DNA of 51,898 bases from NCBI GenBank assembly GCA_963767115.1, contig CAVYCR010000002.1, positions 1 to 51,898 of the forward strand, written 5' to 3'. Shown piece by piece: positions 20,290 through 31,689 of the stretch. The translations under genes and the position numbers were made by a program. Numbering within the stretch: position 1 is the first letter of the stretch; every line of letters starts with the position of its first letter. A model generated the notes under the pieces. It worked only from the letters and a program-made list of their open reading frames with translations. It searched no databases and had not been told where the DNA came from. The stretch is from Candidatus Kaiserbacteria bacterium (GTDB lineage: Bacteria > Patescibacteriota > Minisyncoccia > Phycocordibacterales > UBA2100).

Positions 20290-23200
20290 CTAGTTGTTTC
20301 TACTCTGCGAGAGGCCAACTGATGGCACCGCGCCGAATCCGTTTGTCCAGTCAGTGTAAGTGGTCGGCGAAGTCGTTGTCGAGTTCGGAGACCAAACGAA
20401 GTTATTAGACGAGAGACCAGCGACAGTCGACAGGTTCGGAGCAAGATCCGTACCGTCAGCGGCCAGAGTCGTACCTACACTCCAAGTCGAATTCGCTCCG
20501 CTGTAAGTTACAGTCGATGCCTTCAAGACGAAGTACACCGTTGTACCAGCTGGGATTTCAATTGGAGTACCCATCTTTGTAGTAGTGGCTGTAGTCGAGG
20601 TGATTACACCAGGATCGACTGCACTATTGGTCCCGTCCTTGGTGACCAAGCCATTGTTGGTACCACCAGCTGAACCCGAGAAGCTCCCGCTTGAGTACGA
20701 TGTGTACGCATAGAGTGCTGGGTTCGTGACGGTTACGTTTGCACCCGGAGTAACAGTGAACTTAAGTTGGCCGATACCAACAGGGTTGTTTGAGTTCGCT
20801 GAGACAGAGAATGCAACCAATTGACCATCAGCGGAGATACCTGACGATGGCAGGCTAACTAGCGAGACTGTTGGGGTGCTGCGGAAGATGGCGATGCCCG
20901 TTGTCGGAGCAGTGCCAACACCGGAGTAAACTGATGAGCCTGAGCTATTGCCAACACCCTGAGCTTGGGCGAGACCAATCTTGATCTCATGACCGCTCGT
21001 GCCTGCCTGACCAGTACCGATCTGATTCACGTCAGCTTTGATCGTGAGGACAATCTGCTGGTTCTGCGGGATAGAGAGATTCGTGATCGAGGAAGTCGCG
21101 ACGTAGTAGATACCTCCGTTGAACGCTACAGGGGAGCCAGTGAAGATCACTGAACCGACCTGTGTCGAACCGTTGAAGATGTACGCACGAGCGATATCCG
21201 AGGACGAAGCGTAGTTGCTGTTGAGAGCAAGCGCAATGTTCTGGAGATTGACCGAGTCAGATGTCGGCTGAAGCGTGAACGTACCAACCGTTACACCTGT
21301 CGTGCCGCCAGCAACCTGTGCGTAGGAAGTCGGAGTCGGGACTGTGACCGCGAGGGAAGCAGTACCCGGTGTAAACGTACCAGAAGCACCTGATACACCT
21401 GTCGGCGTAATCGAGTTACCAGACTGAACTCCAGTCGGAGTCGGCGAAGTAGTTCGAATTTACACCTGCAGCGAACGGATTGTTGCCGATCGAGCTCGAG
21501 ACGTTGCATTCAAGCGAGAGCGTAACGACCGTACCCTTCGGGATCGTCAGCGAGTTCTGGAAGATGAAGTTCGCTTCAAGACCAGAGGTCTCGCTAGTAG
21601 GACCTACATTCCACTGACCACCGTTGGTGGTCGCGTTACCGACCGCCTGCGTATTGAGCGCAGTCGTACCGTTGTAGAGCTGACAGTTCGTCAAAGCTCC
21701 TGCAAGCGTGGCAAGTACAGTCGTGTTAGTCGAAGAAGCGTTGATGACGATCGGGAGCGAGTTGAGGCGGATGTTTTCGCCGGACTGCGAAGCATCAAGG
21801 TTGATGTTCGCAATGACGAAGTTGTTAGCACCCGGGGCGACCGTGGTCGAAGCCGGCGTCGAAGCCGCCGAGATCGACGAGTGATCCAGCCTGGACCGTC
21901 ATGGTCGTGAACGTGATCGTCGTGGTCGGGAGCGAGACATTCGAGCCAGAAGTCTGACCCTGTGCGTTCGTCCAGTTCGACGGGTTGGTCGAGAGCTGGT
22001 AGGTCACGCCGTTTGCAGCACCGGATGAAACCGTACCCTTGAGGGTGTAGGTCATCGCACCGACTGGGAAGGTCACCGAGGTATTGAAGGTGAGAGTGTT
22101 GCCAGAAGCGTCAACCGGACCGGCAACAACGTTGCCGTTGCCATCGACAAGCGAGACGCTCTTAAGCTGCGTAGCACCTGTAGAAGACGCGATCGTGAAC
22201 GACAAAGACTGAACCGTGACCGGCTCACCCGTGAAGTTCGTCGTGAATCCGCCAAGAGGCTGGTTCGGGACGTTGACCGCGATGTTCTGAGAGCCAACTG
22301 AGCCTGCGCTCGAGATCGTCGAGAGCGTACCCGGGTTGATGAGTGTCAGAGAACCTTCGAAGAACGGCGAGCCGCTCGTCGTGAAGCGCGTATTGTCAAC
22401 AGTGCTTGACTGAGAGACATAAGCCGAGGTCGTGTTCGGAGTCGGCGTGATGCCATAACCGTAGGTCTGGCCTACGAGGTAGATGTCGGATGCGCGGTAG
22501 ATGTCGAACTCGATGGTGCGACCAGCCGCACTCGATCCGGTGATATCGCCCTGGATGTATGCATCAAGTGAGTTACCCTCGTTGATGGCGATTCCACCAG
22601 GGAACGTCGAAGTGAAGTACTTACCAGTCGAGTCAACAGTGACCGGATAGCTCGTGCCGTTGACATAGGTGCACGAGATTTGAGAGGTCAGTCGATCCGA
22701 CAGAACCAGTCTGGTTCCACGTGATCGAGTAGAGCTTCTCATTCTCAGCAGAACCCGCGGTGATGCGGACACCTGAGAAGATGACGGCCGTCGTACCGAT
22801 AGCTTCCGTGCGGTAGCTGTTCGGATCAAACGACGAGACTCTGGAGGTTGGCAGTACCGATCGACAGAGACGAGTTGATCGTCTGTGAAGCACCAGTGAT
22901 CGGGAGTGAGCCCGATACCGGGACCGTCGTGTCGACGCCAGTGACGGCGATCGAAGCGACTTCACCGGAATATGCAGATTCAATCGTCGAATTCTGCATG
23001 TTGCCAGCGACCGTGTAGGTCTGCAGACTGACCAGCCTGGAGCGTGAACGGAGTACCGATCTCAGCTTGGTGGTTCGAGTTGAACGTGCGAGACGTGCCG
23101 AGCTGGATGCCGTTCTGATCAAGCAAGACGATACCCGAGAAGGCAGCGTCAGCCGCGAGGCCAGTGCGCTGTACGTCGATTCCGTTGATCGTCACCGCTG

Positions 23201-23854
23201 CACCGGAAGTATTGGTGAGAGTGAAGGTCGTGAACGGAACGCGGTTGGCGAGAGCCGGAGCGAGCGTAGTTGGCAGGCTGCGTGGCAGCAGTGATCGATA
23301 ATTGATCCGACTGTCGTCGTACCTGTCGTACCCGTGGTACCGGTAGTACCAGTGCTGCCCGTACCCGTCATCGAACCAGCGCACATGGCGTTGGCTGCGG
23401 CGCGCGTCGAGGCGTACCAGTTGCCGTTACCGACCGTGAGGCCGTTCGGAGTCAAGACCGTCGACGCGTTAGCGTTCTGGAACTTGATTACCGCTGCCTT
23501 GGTAGCTGCGCCGAAGTAGCTCGTTTCGTTACCCGGAGATCCAGCGCCGGTAGCGGCGATCTGGAAACCGTGACTATTAAGGAATTGCTGGACCCACATG
23601 ACCTGACCACCCGTCGCACCCATCTTGAGATTCTGAGTGAACGTATAGCAGCCGGCTGAAGTGGAAGTCGTCATCGAAGACGACGAGCCACCGTTGAGGG
23701 ACTGGATCTGTGCGAGCAATGCCTGGACCTGTGCCTGAAGATCGGAGACCGTGTCAGCCTTTGCCGGAGCGGCAAAAGCAAACGTGGTACCGATTGCAAG
23801 TGACAAAGCCAAGAGCACTGCTGCAACATTCTTTGTTGCTAATGCTTTAGACAT
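20290..23854 (-). CDS. Large surface/S-layer-like protein (~1190 aa) with N-terminal peptidoglycan-binding domain, broken by 1-nt indels
   Basis: Signal peptide, short coiled coil, PG-binding FTQNLKMGATGGQV...QQFLN...YFGAATKAAVIKFQ, then Thr/Ser/Gly-rich beta domains across consecutive ORF pieces 23875-23192, 23384-22980, 23122-22826, 22829-21825, 21694-21416 and 21150-20290. Confidence 0.85.
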
Positions 23855-24373
23855 AATTATATATTGACCTTTCATCCCGCGCTTGAGCGTGGGACCGTAT
23901 GCACATCCTTTCGACGTGGATAAGCGATACGTATGTGTGTCTCCTAATAACTACTGATAACTGAAGACATCTGATAATCGACCGCTTGGCAATCTGAAGC
24001 GCACTTCACGAATTGCACACGGCGTACTTTGCTAGCCCACTCTAATCCACAATACCTCTAGGGTCTTGCAGACAAGTGAGGTTAGCAGCGATGTGGAAGT
24101 GGTCGTTCGGAAATTATCTGAGTGACGGGACATGTCGGGATTTCTGAAATTGCAAAACAACAATGGATATGGCTCTCTAAAACAAATACATAGAGAACCG
24201 CTCATATGAGCTTTGTTTCATTCCTTATGAAAATGTCAAAGATCAGAATCCGTGCAGAGGTTCGAGATTATCTTACGACTCCGAGCCTATGCGGTGCACC
24301 TCTCAAAAACGAGAGGTACTTGGCAATTATATACTGGGCTCTATTTATGGAGTATCTCTGCGACTCTCCGTTT

Positions 24374-24382
24374 TGTGGATAA
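24374..24382 (-). promoter_or_regulatory. Consensus DnaA box
   Basis: TGTGGATAA, intergenic. Confidence 0.45.
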
Positions 24383-24526
24383 CTTGTGAAGGCGCCAAGA
24401 CGATTTCTGTCGTCTGATTCCTCACACAAGTCCAAGGCAGGATACCTGACCGCGCCACGGGAGTCAATCAATAAGACGGGCGTATGTCGCATCTCTTTCA
24501 GGGGTGGTCGGGGCTCTCTATAAGGG

Positions 24527-25411
24527 CTAGAGACCCTCTATGGAGAGTTCCTGGTCTGGTGTGGAGAGCGGCCCTACAGGATGCGGATGCGGATGCTGCG
24601 GGGCGCCCTCCCTATCAGCAGTAATAGTAGTAATAATAGAGTAACGACTCCAGCGCTTGAGACCCGTTTTCTCCACCTTACCCTGTGACACAAGGCTCGC
24701 GAGCTCGCGCTGGATCATCTTTTCGCTGTATTCGGGCAAATTGAGGGCAATGTCTTTGATACCCATTTCCCGCCCAGCCTGCAATACCTGCATGACGCCC
24801 TCCATGCGCGCATTAATAGTATGAGTATCCTGCCGTGCCGGGTATTGAGACCCCTCTACCACTCCTTCGCTACTGTCTTTGACTGATCGGGGAGTGACTG
24901 CTCGTCTGGTCTCTCGAAGACTGACAGCTTGTCCGATATCCCTATCCCGTACGTCAATTAATTCATCGCGCGATAGTCTCACACTCTCAGAAAGGACAGA
25001 TCTCCTTGAAGATTGGACGAACATACCGAGGTCATCAAGAGCGTCGGTTAATATGTCGGCATTTTCAAAGGACACAAAACCAGCTACGGCCAATATTCTT
25101 ACGAGTGAAATGAGATGTCTGATAGTAAATTCAATATGTTGTGTCTTTTGTGAACCTACTGTACGCATTTCGTTCTTTATCTCAAGGACATCACCTAAGA
25201 GATTGGCCGCACGGTCGCGGACTATGTTCCTTATTGGTTCGTCGCTTGATAAGTGGTTGGTAAGAAGATATATAGCAGCAGCGATTCTCTCAGCACGACG
25301 ATAGGCACGCTCACCCATCTTATTATCTCCAAACGGTAGAGTTTTAATTGTCTGTTTGTCGACAAATTGAGATATGTTTTCTGTCTTTTGTATGTCTCTT
25401 ATATTGTCCAT
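24527..25411 (-). CDS. Helical-bundle protein with C-terminal DeoR-like winged HTH, divergent from ftsK
   Basis: RAERIAAAIYLLT...; IKDIALNLPEYSEKMIQRELASLVSQGKVEKTGLKRWSRYS. Confidence 0.82.
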   Translation of the reverse strand: MDNIRDIQKTENISQFVDKQTIKTLPFGDNKMGERAYRRAERIAAAIYLLTNHLSSDEPIRNIVRDRAANLLGDVLEIKNEMRTVGSQKTQHIEFTIRHLISLVRILAVAGFVSFENADILTDALDDLGMFVQSSRRSVLSESVRLSRDELIDVRDRDIGQAVSLRETRRAVTPRSVKDSSEGVVEGSQYPARQDTHTINARMEGVMQVLQAGREMGIKDIALNLPEYSEKMIQRELASLVSQGKVEKTGLKRWSRYSIITTITADREGAPQHPHPHPVGPLSTPDQELSIEGL

Positions 25412-25542
25412 GATTATATTTGTATATGTCCTTTACACAGGAGATCTTATGGACGGATTATATAGAGGACGTACATGAGCTGCAATGTCTTTATATGTCT
25501 CTGACACTGACTCCGTGTGGCGTCAATCACAGATCTGTCTTT
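25382..25542. repeat. Array of TGTCYYT-like heptamers over the HTH gene start and the divergent promoter region
   Basis: Copies at 25382, 25393, 25405, 25427, 25486, 25496 and 25536. Confidence 0.65.
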
Positions 25543-25614
25543 TATTGCCACAAGGTGCTTCCGAGGCCCTTTTTAAGCCCTGCTTTGGGAGCTTACGTGG
25601 TATTATTGTCCGGT

Positions 25615-27870
25615 ATGGCAGAGGTAAATAGGAAAAAAAAACGAACGAAGAAAAATACTACTGACGACGCGCCGGCACGAGTGAGCGCTGTCTCAGGCGA
25701 GGCGATGCGCAGTGTCGTAGCGATCTTCCTGATCGCGATTGCTATCTTCCTTTTTGTGGCTGAGCTGGGTGGTGGTGGCAAGATTGGTGCTGATGTGTAT
25801 ACCGGCCTTACCTGGCTTCTTGGCGTGGGGTACACACTCTTGCCGATTTCGCTCGTGATGCTCTCGGTGGTCATATTTCGATACTTTGAAAAGACGCTTG
25901 GCTGGATCCAGAGCGTGAGCATGCTCGTCTTCTTGCTCTCAGCACTCGGCCTCGTAAGCGTCGCCTTCCCAGGGCACGGCGGCATTGTCGGCCAATCAAT
26001 ATCTTCTGCGCTCATCGGCTCGATCGATACAACCGCGACAGTGACCTTCTTGGTCGCCTTCGTCATCGCTTCACTCATCATTGCCTTCGATGTAAATCTC
26101 GCAGCAGTCTTTGGGAAGTTGCGTGCGCTCGTTCGCAATCGCTTCGAGGGTGAAGAAGTACTAGACGAGGAGCCGCAGATCAGAGGCTTGCCCGAAGAAA
26201 CAGAGAGCGAAACCGCGTACGCAACGGAGTCAGATGTGCGTGACGAGGAGCCGACAGAACCTGCTCCAAAAGAAGCCGGTGTGATCACGAAATTCTTTAA
26301 TGGTGGCAACGAAGGCCTCGAAGGCGGCTTCCCTATTGCCGCGACAATCGGGCAGGAATACGTGCCGCCGCCGCTCTCTATCCTTGCCAAAAACAAAGGC
26401 AAGCCCGAGGTCGGCGACGTGAAGGCCAACATGAACATCATCAAGCGCACACTCCAGAACTTCGGCATCACCGTCGAAATGGACGAAGCCTCGATCGGCC
26501 CGACCGTCACGCGCTACGCGATGAAGCCGGCCGAGGGCGTACGGCTCTCAAAGATCGTCGCGCTCCAGAGCAACCTCGAGCTCGCGCTTGCGGTGAGCCC
26601 CGTGCGCATCGAGGCGCCGATCCCGGGCAAATCACTCGTCGGGATCGAAGTGCCGAACATCGCGCGCACCACGCTCGGCCTGGCGCCGCTCCTCTCTGAC
26701 GAAGGATTCACCGATTCCGACAAGCCGCTCTTGGTCGCCCTCGGCCGCTCCATCACCGGCGCGCCGCATTCGCCGACATCGCGACGATGCCGCACATGCT
26801 CGTCGCCGGCGCGACCGGCGCGGGCAAATCTGTCACGATCCATGACTTCATCGTTTCGCTTCTCTATCGCTGCGGGCCCGAGAACGCTGCGCTTCATCAT
26901 GGTCGACCCGAAGCGCGTCGAGCTCACGCTTTATAACTCGATTCCGCATCTTCTCACACCGGTCATCACCGACGCCGAAGAAGGCGATCCTCGCCCTCAA
27001 ATGGCTCGCCAAAGAAATGGATCGCCGCTACAACATCCTCGAGGCCGAAAAAGTGCGCGACATCTCTTCCTATCACGAAAACGTCGTCAAGCCGGCACTC
27101 GAAAAGGCAGCAAAGAATAACGGTAGCGAAGGAGAACAGATGCCGGAAGCGATGCCCTACATCGTCGTCATCATCGACGAGCTCGCCGACATCATGCAGG
27201 CCTACCCGCGCGAGCTCGAGAGCGGCATCGTGCGCCTGGCACAGATGAGCCGTGCCGTCGGCATCCACCTTATCCTTCGACACAGCGCCCGTCGGTGAAG
27301 GTCATTACCGGCCTCATCAAGGCCAACATGCCGGCCCGCCTCGCGCTCCAAGTCGCCTCGCAGATCGACTCGCGCACCATCCTCGACATGGGTGGCGCCG
27401 AGAAGCTCTTGGGTGCTGGCGACATGCTCTTCCTTTCAGGCGAAATGTCAAAACCGAACCGCATCCAGGCACCGTATATATCGGAAGCCGAGGTAAAGAA
27501 AATCGTTGCCTATCTTGCCAAACAATCCGAAGGAACACTCCCGAGCGAGATCGACCTGAGTGAAGGCAAGGGTGCGACCGGCGGCGGCATGGACCCTATT
27601 TTCTCATCAATGATAGGAGATGATGAAGAAGAGGATGAGCTGTATGCCGAGGCTAAACGCACGGTGATAGAAGCCGGTAAGGCGTCGACCTCGTACCTCC
27701 AGCGGAAGCTCGGCATCGGCTATGCGCGCGCAGCCAAGCTCATCGACATACTCGAGGAGCACGGCGTGGTGGGACCTGCCGACGGCGCCAAGCCGCGCGA
27801 CGTGATCGGCGGCGGCCAAGCCGACGAACTCGTAAAGGCGGCTGAAGCCTCTGGGGACGAACCGTTATGA
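25615..27870 (+). CDS. ftsK: DNA translocase FtsK/SpoIIIE, about four 1-nt frameshifts
   Basis: 4-TM N-terminus, [16 protein letters not shown], Walker [10 protein letters not shown] (shifted frame), [21 protein letters not shown], gamma domain [18 protein letters not shown]. Confidence 0.95.
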
Positions 27871-27873
27871 TGA

Positions 27874-27993
27874 GGCACGAAACGGTGGCGCAGGTATTTT
27901 GCCGTCTACACAGGCGCGGCGGCGCCGAGTCTGAGCGCTGGGCGAGCACGCCCAGACAGCGACGGCAAAATACCTGCGCCACCGTTTCGTGCC
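27874..27993 (+). ncRNA. 120-nt structured element, copy 1 (candidate ncRNA or MITE)
   Basis: Perfect 33-bp inverted repeat (27874-27906 / 27961-27993); loop holds CGGCGGCGC and CTGGGCG-AGCA-CGCCCAG. Confidence 0.65.
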
Positions 27994-28012
27994 GGACACT
28001 ATAAAAAGTAGT

Positions 28013-28453
28013 ATGCTCCCCTACCGCGACAGCAGACTCACGCGCTTTGGACTCATTATCTTCTTTATCGTTCTGATCGCGTACGCGTACTTCGAGGCCC
28101 GCGGCCTACTCTTCGGCCCGAGCATCAGCATCGATGACACAAGCGTCCAGACCGTGCAGAGCCAGTACATACTCATCACCGGCCATGCCGATCGCATCGC
28201 ATCGCTTTCCGTCGACGGTGAGCCGATCCAAGTGACGATCAACGGAGATTTCCAAGAACCCTACGTGCTCTCACCCGGCGAAAACCAGATAGTCTTCGAC
28301 GCGAAGGATTCCTATGGACGGACCCGCGAACAAGTCCTCACCGTGGTCTACACGCAGTCGGCGACTGACACGGCGTCAACCTCCTCGATACAGACGGCGA
28401 GTTCGACAAGCACGGGCGCTACGACGACCATGAGCACCTCTTCACTACCTTGA
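28013..28453 (+). CDS. Membrane-anchored Ig-like domain protein
   Basis: TM, then GPSISI...ITGHA...LSPGENQIVFDAKDSYGR, Ser/Thr tail. Confidence 0.75.
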   Translation: MLPYRDSRLTRFGLIIFFIVLIAYAYFEARGLLFGPSISIDDTSVQTVQSQYILITGHADRIASLSVDGEPIQVTINGDFQEPYVLSPGENQIVFDAKDSYGRTREQVLTVVYTQSATDTASTSSIQTASSTSTGATTTMSTSSLP

Positions 28454-28454
28454 T

Positions 28455-29051
28455 ATGGATCCGCATGACAACGCCCGCGTACACGCCTTCTATAATACGC
28501 TGATCGAAGAATACGGCCCGACCGTCCATGCACTCGGATGGAATGATGAGATGGGTCAGCAGGAGCGTTTCCGCGTGCTCTGTAGTATCGGCGATCTCAA
28601 CGGAAAAAGTGTCTTGGACGTTGGGTGCGGGCTCGAAAACTTATATACCTTCCTCGGAGAGCGCTACAAAGGATTCACCTACCAAGGCGTCGACATCAAC
28701 CCGCATATGATCGAACTGGCACGACTCCAGCACTCGGATGTGCATTTTGAAGTGGCCGACTTCGGAGACTTTGCGGCTGAGCCGTTTGATTATGTACTTT
28801 CATCGGGTGCGCTTACTTTCAAAATAGCCAACCACACGGAGGTTTATTTCGGCTCTATCCGTAAGATGTACGAGCTCTCCACGATAGGCGTTGCGTTCAA
28901 TGTATTGAGCGCCAAACACTCTCCCGGCGACGATACTTACGCCACGTATTCCGTGCATGAGCTCTACGATTTCTGTTCGCAATTCTGCGAGAAGCTCGTA
29001 GTGCGCGAGGATTATCTAGAGCAGGATCTCACGATGTATTTGTACCGGTAA
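28455..29051 (+). CDS. Class I SAM-dependent methyltransferase
   Basis: SVLDVGCG, GVDINP, FDYVLSSG. Confidence 0.9.
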   Translation: MDPHDNARVHAFYNTLIEEYGPTVHALGWNDEMGQQERFRVLCSIGDLNGKSVLDVGCGLENLYTFLGERYKGFTYQGVDINPHMIELARLQHSDVHFEVADFGDFAAEPFDYVLSSGALTFKIANHTEVYFGSIRKMYELSTIGVAFNVLSAKHSPGDDTYATYSVHELYDFCSQFCEKLVVREDYLEQDLTMYLYR

Positions 29052-29109
29052 TTTGATACAATGCGTACTGGACCCCATTATTTATTCGAATAACTCTTTT
29101 AATGAGGGT

Positions 29110-30219
29110 ATGGCAGTAACCAAAAAAGAAAAAGCACCACCAAAACAAGTAGGCGCAGGTACCGATAAGGACATCGAGCGCGCGCTCGCAGCAGATCAAG
29201 ACCAAGTTCGGCGACGAGTCGATCATGATGCTCGGCGCGACAGCCGAAGGTCGACGTCAACGCGATCCCCACCGGCTCGATCGGCGTCGACTGGGCGCTC
29301 GGCATCGGCGGGCTTCCGCGCGGACGCATCATCGAGATCTTCGGACCGGAATCCTCCGGCAAGACGACACTCTCCCTCCATGTGATCGCCGAAGCGCAGA
29401 AGAAAGGCGGCGTCTGCGCATTTATCGACGCAGAACACGCGCTCGACCCTGAATACGCCAAGAAAGCTCGGCGTCAAGATCAGGATCCCTTCTCATCTCG
29501 CAGCCGGACACCGGCGAACAGGCGCTCGAGATCGTCGAGAGTCCTCGTGCGCTCCGGCAAGATCGACGTCATCGTCATCGACTCCGTCGCTGCGCTCACG
29601 CCCAAAGACGAGATCGAGGGCGACATGGGCCAGCAGCACGTCGGCAAGCAGGCGCGCCTCATGTCCCAGGCGCTGCGCAAGCTCACCGCCATCGTCTCGA
29701 AGACCAAGACCGTCGTCATCTTCATCAACCAGATCCGCATGCAGATCGGCGTCATGTTCGGCAATCCCGAGACGACGACCGGCGGCAAGGCGCTCAAGTT
29801 CTACACATCGGTCCGCATCGACATCCGCCGCATCGCGCAGATCAAGAAGGGCGACGAGGTCGATGGGCGGCAGGCATCGCGTGAAGATCGTGAAGAATAA
29901 AGTCGCCGCACCCTTCCGCCAGACCGAATTCGACATGATGTACGACGAAGGCATCTCGCAGGAGGGCGAAGCGCTCGCGCTCGGCGAGAAGCTCGGCTAC
30001 GTACAGAAATCCTCCGGCGGAGCGTATTCGATACCCTCCTCCGAGACTGGGAAGGGCAAAGGCGAGGAGATCAAGCTCGGCCGCGGCTACGACGCCGCGC
30101 GTACCTTCCTCCGCGAGAACAAACCGATCCTGAACGAGCTTCTCAAAGACATCCGCAAAGGCCTCCAAGCAGGCGGCGGCGTCATCGGCAAATCCTCGAG
30201 TAGTGGTGACGAAGAATAG
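29110..30219 (+). CDS. recA: Recombinase A, several 1-nt frameshifts
   Basis: [67 protein letters not shown] over shifting frames. Confidence 0.96.
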
Positions 30220-30284
30220 CGCCACAATTCATAAAGTGGTACTAATGCTGCAGGCATAGTGCCTTGAAACTCGGGAGAAATCTG

Positions 30285-31046
30285 ATGAACGCTTCGTTTG
30301 CGACAATCCGCACCTGGACCCACATCAACAAGGCGACGATTTATGGTTGGTTGATAGCTGCAGGCATTGTGTTTGTGCTCGCTTCTTTCGGCATTGCTAT
30401 CTGGAAATTCACAACATGCGGTCCCACACTATTCACGTTAACGGGCTTTGTGGGCATGGTTGTGTTCATTGTTGCGACAGTATTTTGTGCTGGGGGCGAT
30501 CAGGACCGGGCGAGGGATTATTGTTGGCGGCTGACACAGGCGGTTTCCCTATTGACACTAGTATCCGTGCCGCAATTCGACAAAAACGCGGAGGAAGTCT
30601 GGGTCAACACGGAAACCGGCGCCACTACCATACATCAGCCAGTGTGGTCATCACTAGTGCCGTGGCGTATTGCAAGAACGATGGTATCAGTACCAACCAA
30701 GTATTATGTACATCGCTCCACCAACGTTTCAACTGACGACGGAGTACCACTGACGTGCACTATTACGGTATCGGGTATCGTTCTTGATATGGATCGCCTC
30801 GACATTGAGACGAAGGCGCGAGAACTCGCCGCAATGCCCTTGAAAGCACCGGCGAATCTTTCGGACGCATTTGCCACTTCGGCAGCGGCAGTGCTCGCAC
30901 GGGAGTCAGCCGAGGACATAGAGCGTCACTCGACGCTCGTGATTCCCTACCGGATCGGTTCGCGCGTCGGCGACACGCTTCAGAGTCTCGGGCTCAAATG
31001 GAATGATGGCGAGGTAGGTTTCTCCTGCAAGGTTCGATTCGGATAA
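30285..31046 (+). CDS. Orphan membrane protein, C-terminal region weakly SPFH/band-7-like
   Basis: 2-3 TM segments then VSTDDGVPLTCTITV; GGGAG RBS; terminator 31051-31085. Confidence 0.6.
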   Translation: MNASFATIRTWTHINKATIYGWLIAAGIVFVLASFGIAIWKFTTCGPTLFTLTGFVGMVVFIVATVFCAGGDQDRARDYCWRLTQAVSLLTLVSVPQFDKNAEEVWVNTETGATTIHQPVWSSLVPWRIARTMVSVPTKYYVHRSTNVSTDDGVPLTCTITVSGIVLDMDRLDIETKARELAAMPLKAPANLSDAFATSAAAVLARESAEDIERHSTLVIPYRIGSRVGDTLQSLGLKWNDGEVGFSCKVRFG

Positions 31047-31050
31047 AGAT

Positions 31051-31085
31051 AACGGCCGTCTGGAAAAACCCAGACGGCCGTTTTT
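31051..31085 (+). terminator. Intrinsic terminator
   Basis: AACGGCCGTCTGG-loop-CCAGACGGCCGTTTTT. Confidence 0.85.
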
Positions 31086-31204
31086 AGCAATGTCAGACCC
31101 TTGTAGTCAGGTACAATAGCTCATGAAGGCTTATCCACCCAACCCCCCTTGCCTACCTATTAGAGGAGCTATACTGATCGGAATTAGTCATATAACCATT
31201 ACCT

Positions 31205-31618
31205 ATGGACGAACAAACTTCGACGACCACTAATACTAGTACGGTATCCGCTGCTACGACAACGCCCCCGATGAGTACGACACAGCCTGCTGCAGCGGCC
31301 CCTGCTGCCACGCAAGCACCGAGCAACGAGACACTGATGGGCATTCTCGCCTACTTGAGCATTTTGGTCGTCGTGCCGTTCGCCATGGCCAAAGACGATG
31401 CGTTCGTCAAATTCCATATCAAGCAGGGCCTCCTGCTTGTCATTGCGGAGGTAGTCGTCTGGGTCCTCACGATCTTCGCTTGGCGGCTCGCGTTCATCTT
31501 CGATCTCGTTGACCTCGCCGTCTTGGTATTGGCCGTCATCGGCATTATCAACGTCGTCAACCACAAGACGGCAGAGCTTCCGCTCATTGGTAGCCTCGCG
31601 AAGCACTTCACTTTCTAG
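31205..31618 (+). CDS. DUF4870-like three-TM membrane protein
   Basis: MGILAYL...FVKFHIKQGL...GIINVVN...LPLIG. Confidence 0.85.
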   Translation: MDEQTSTTTNTSTVSAATTTPPMSTTQPAAAAPAATQAPSNETLMGILAYLSILVVVPFAMAKDDAFVKFHIKQGLLLVIAEVVVWVLTIFAWRLAFIFDLVDLAVLVLAVIGIINVVNHKTAELPLIGSLAKHFTF

Positions 31619-31689
31619 ACCAGAGATCCTGCCTGGATTTAAAAAGAAAACGGACTCTATGCACTTAGAGCCCGTTTTTTGTATTCCGC

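Noticed and set aside
23900-24400. Replication origin
   Set aside because: Only one perfect and two imperfect DnaA boxes, no dnaA or dnaN nearby, and other boxes are scattered singly (9979, 16367, 31131).
24579-24596. (GGATGC)3 microsatellite encoding HPHPHP
   Set aside because: Three units in a low-complexity tail; no evidence of phase variation.
25615-30219. Programmed frameshifting or true pseudogenes in ftsK and recA
   Set aside because: Multiple indels of both signs without slippery sites in conserved genes; sequencing error is simpler.
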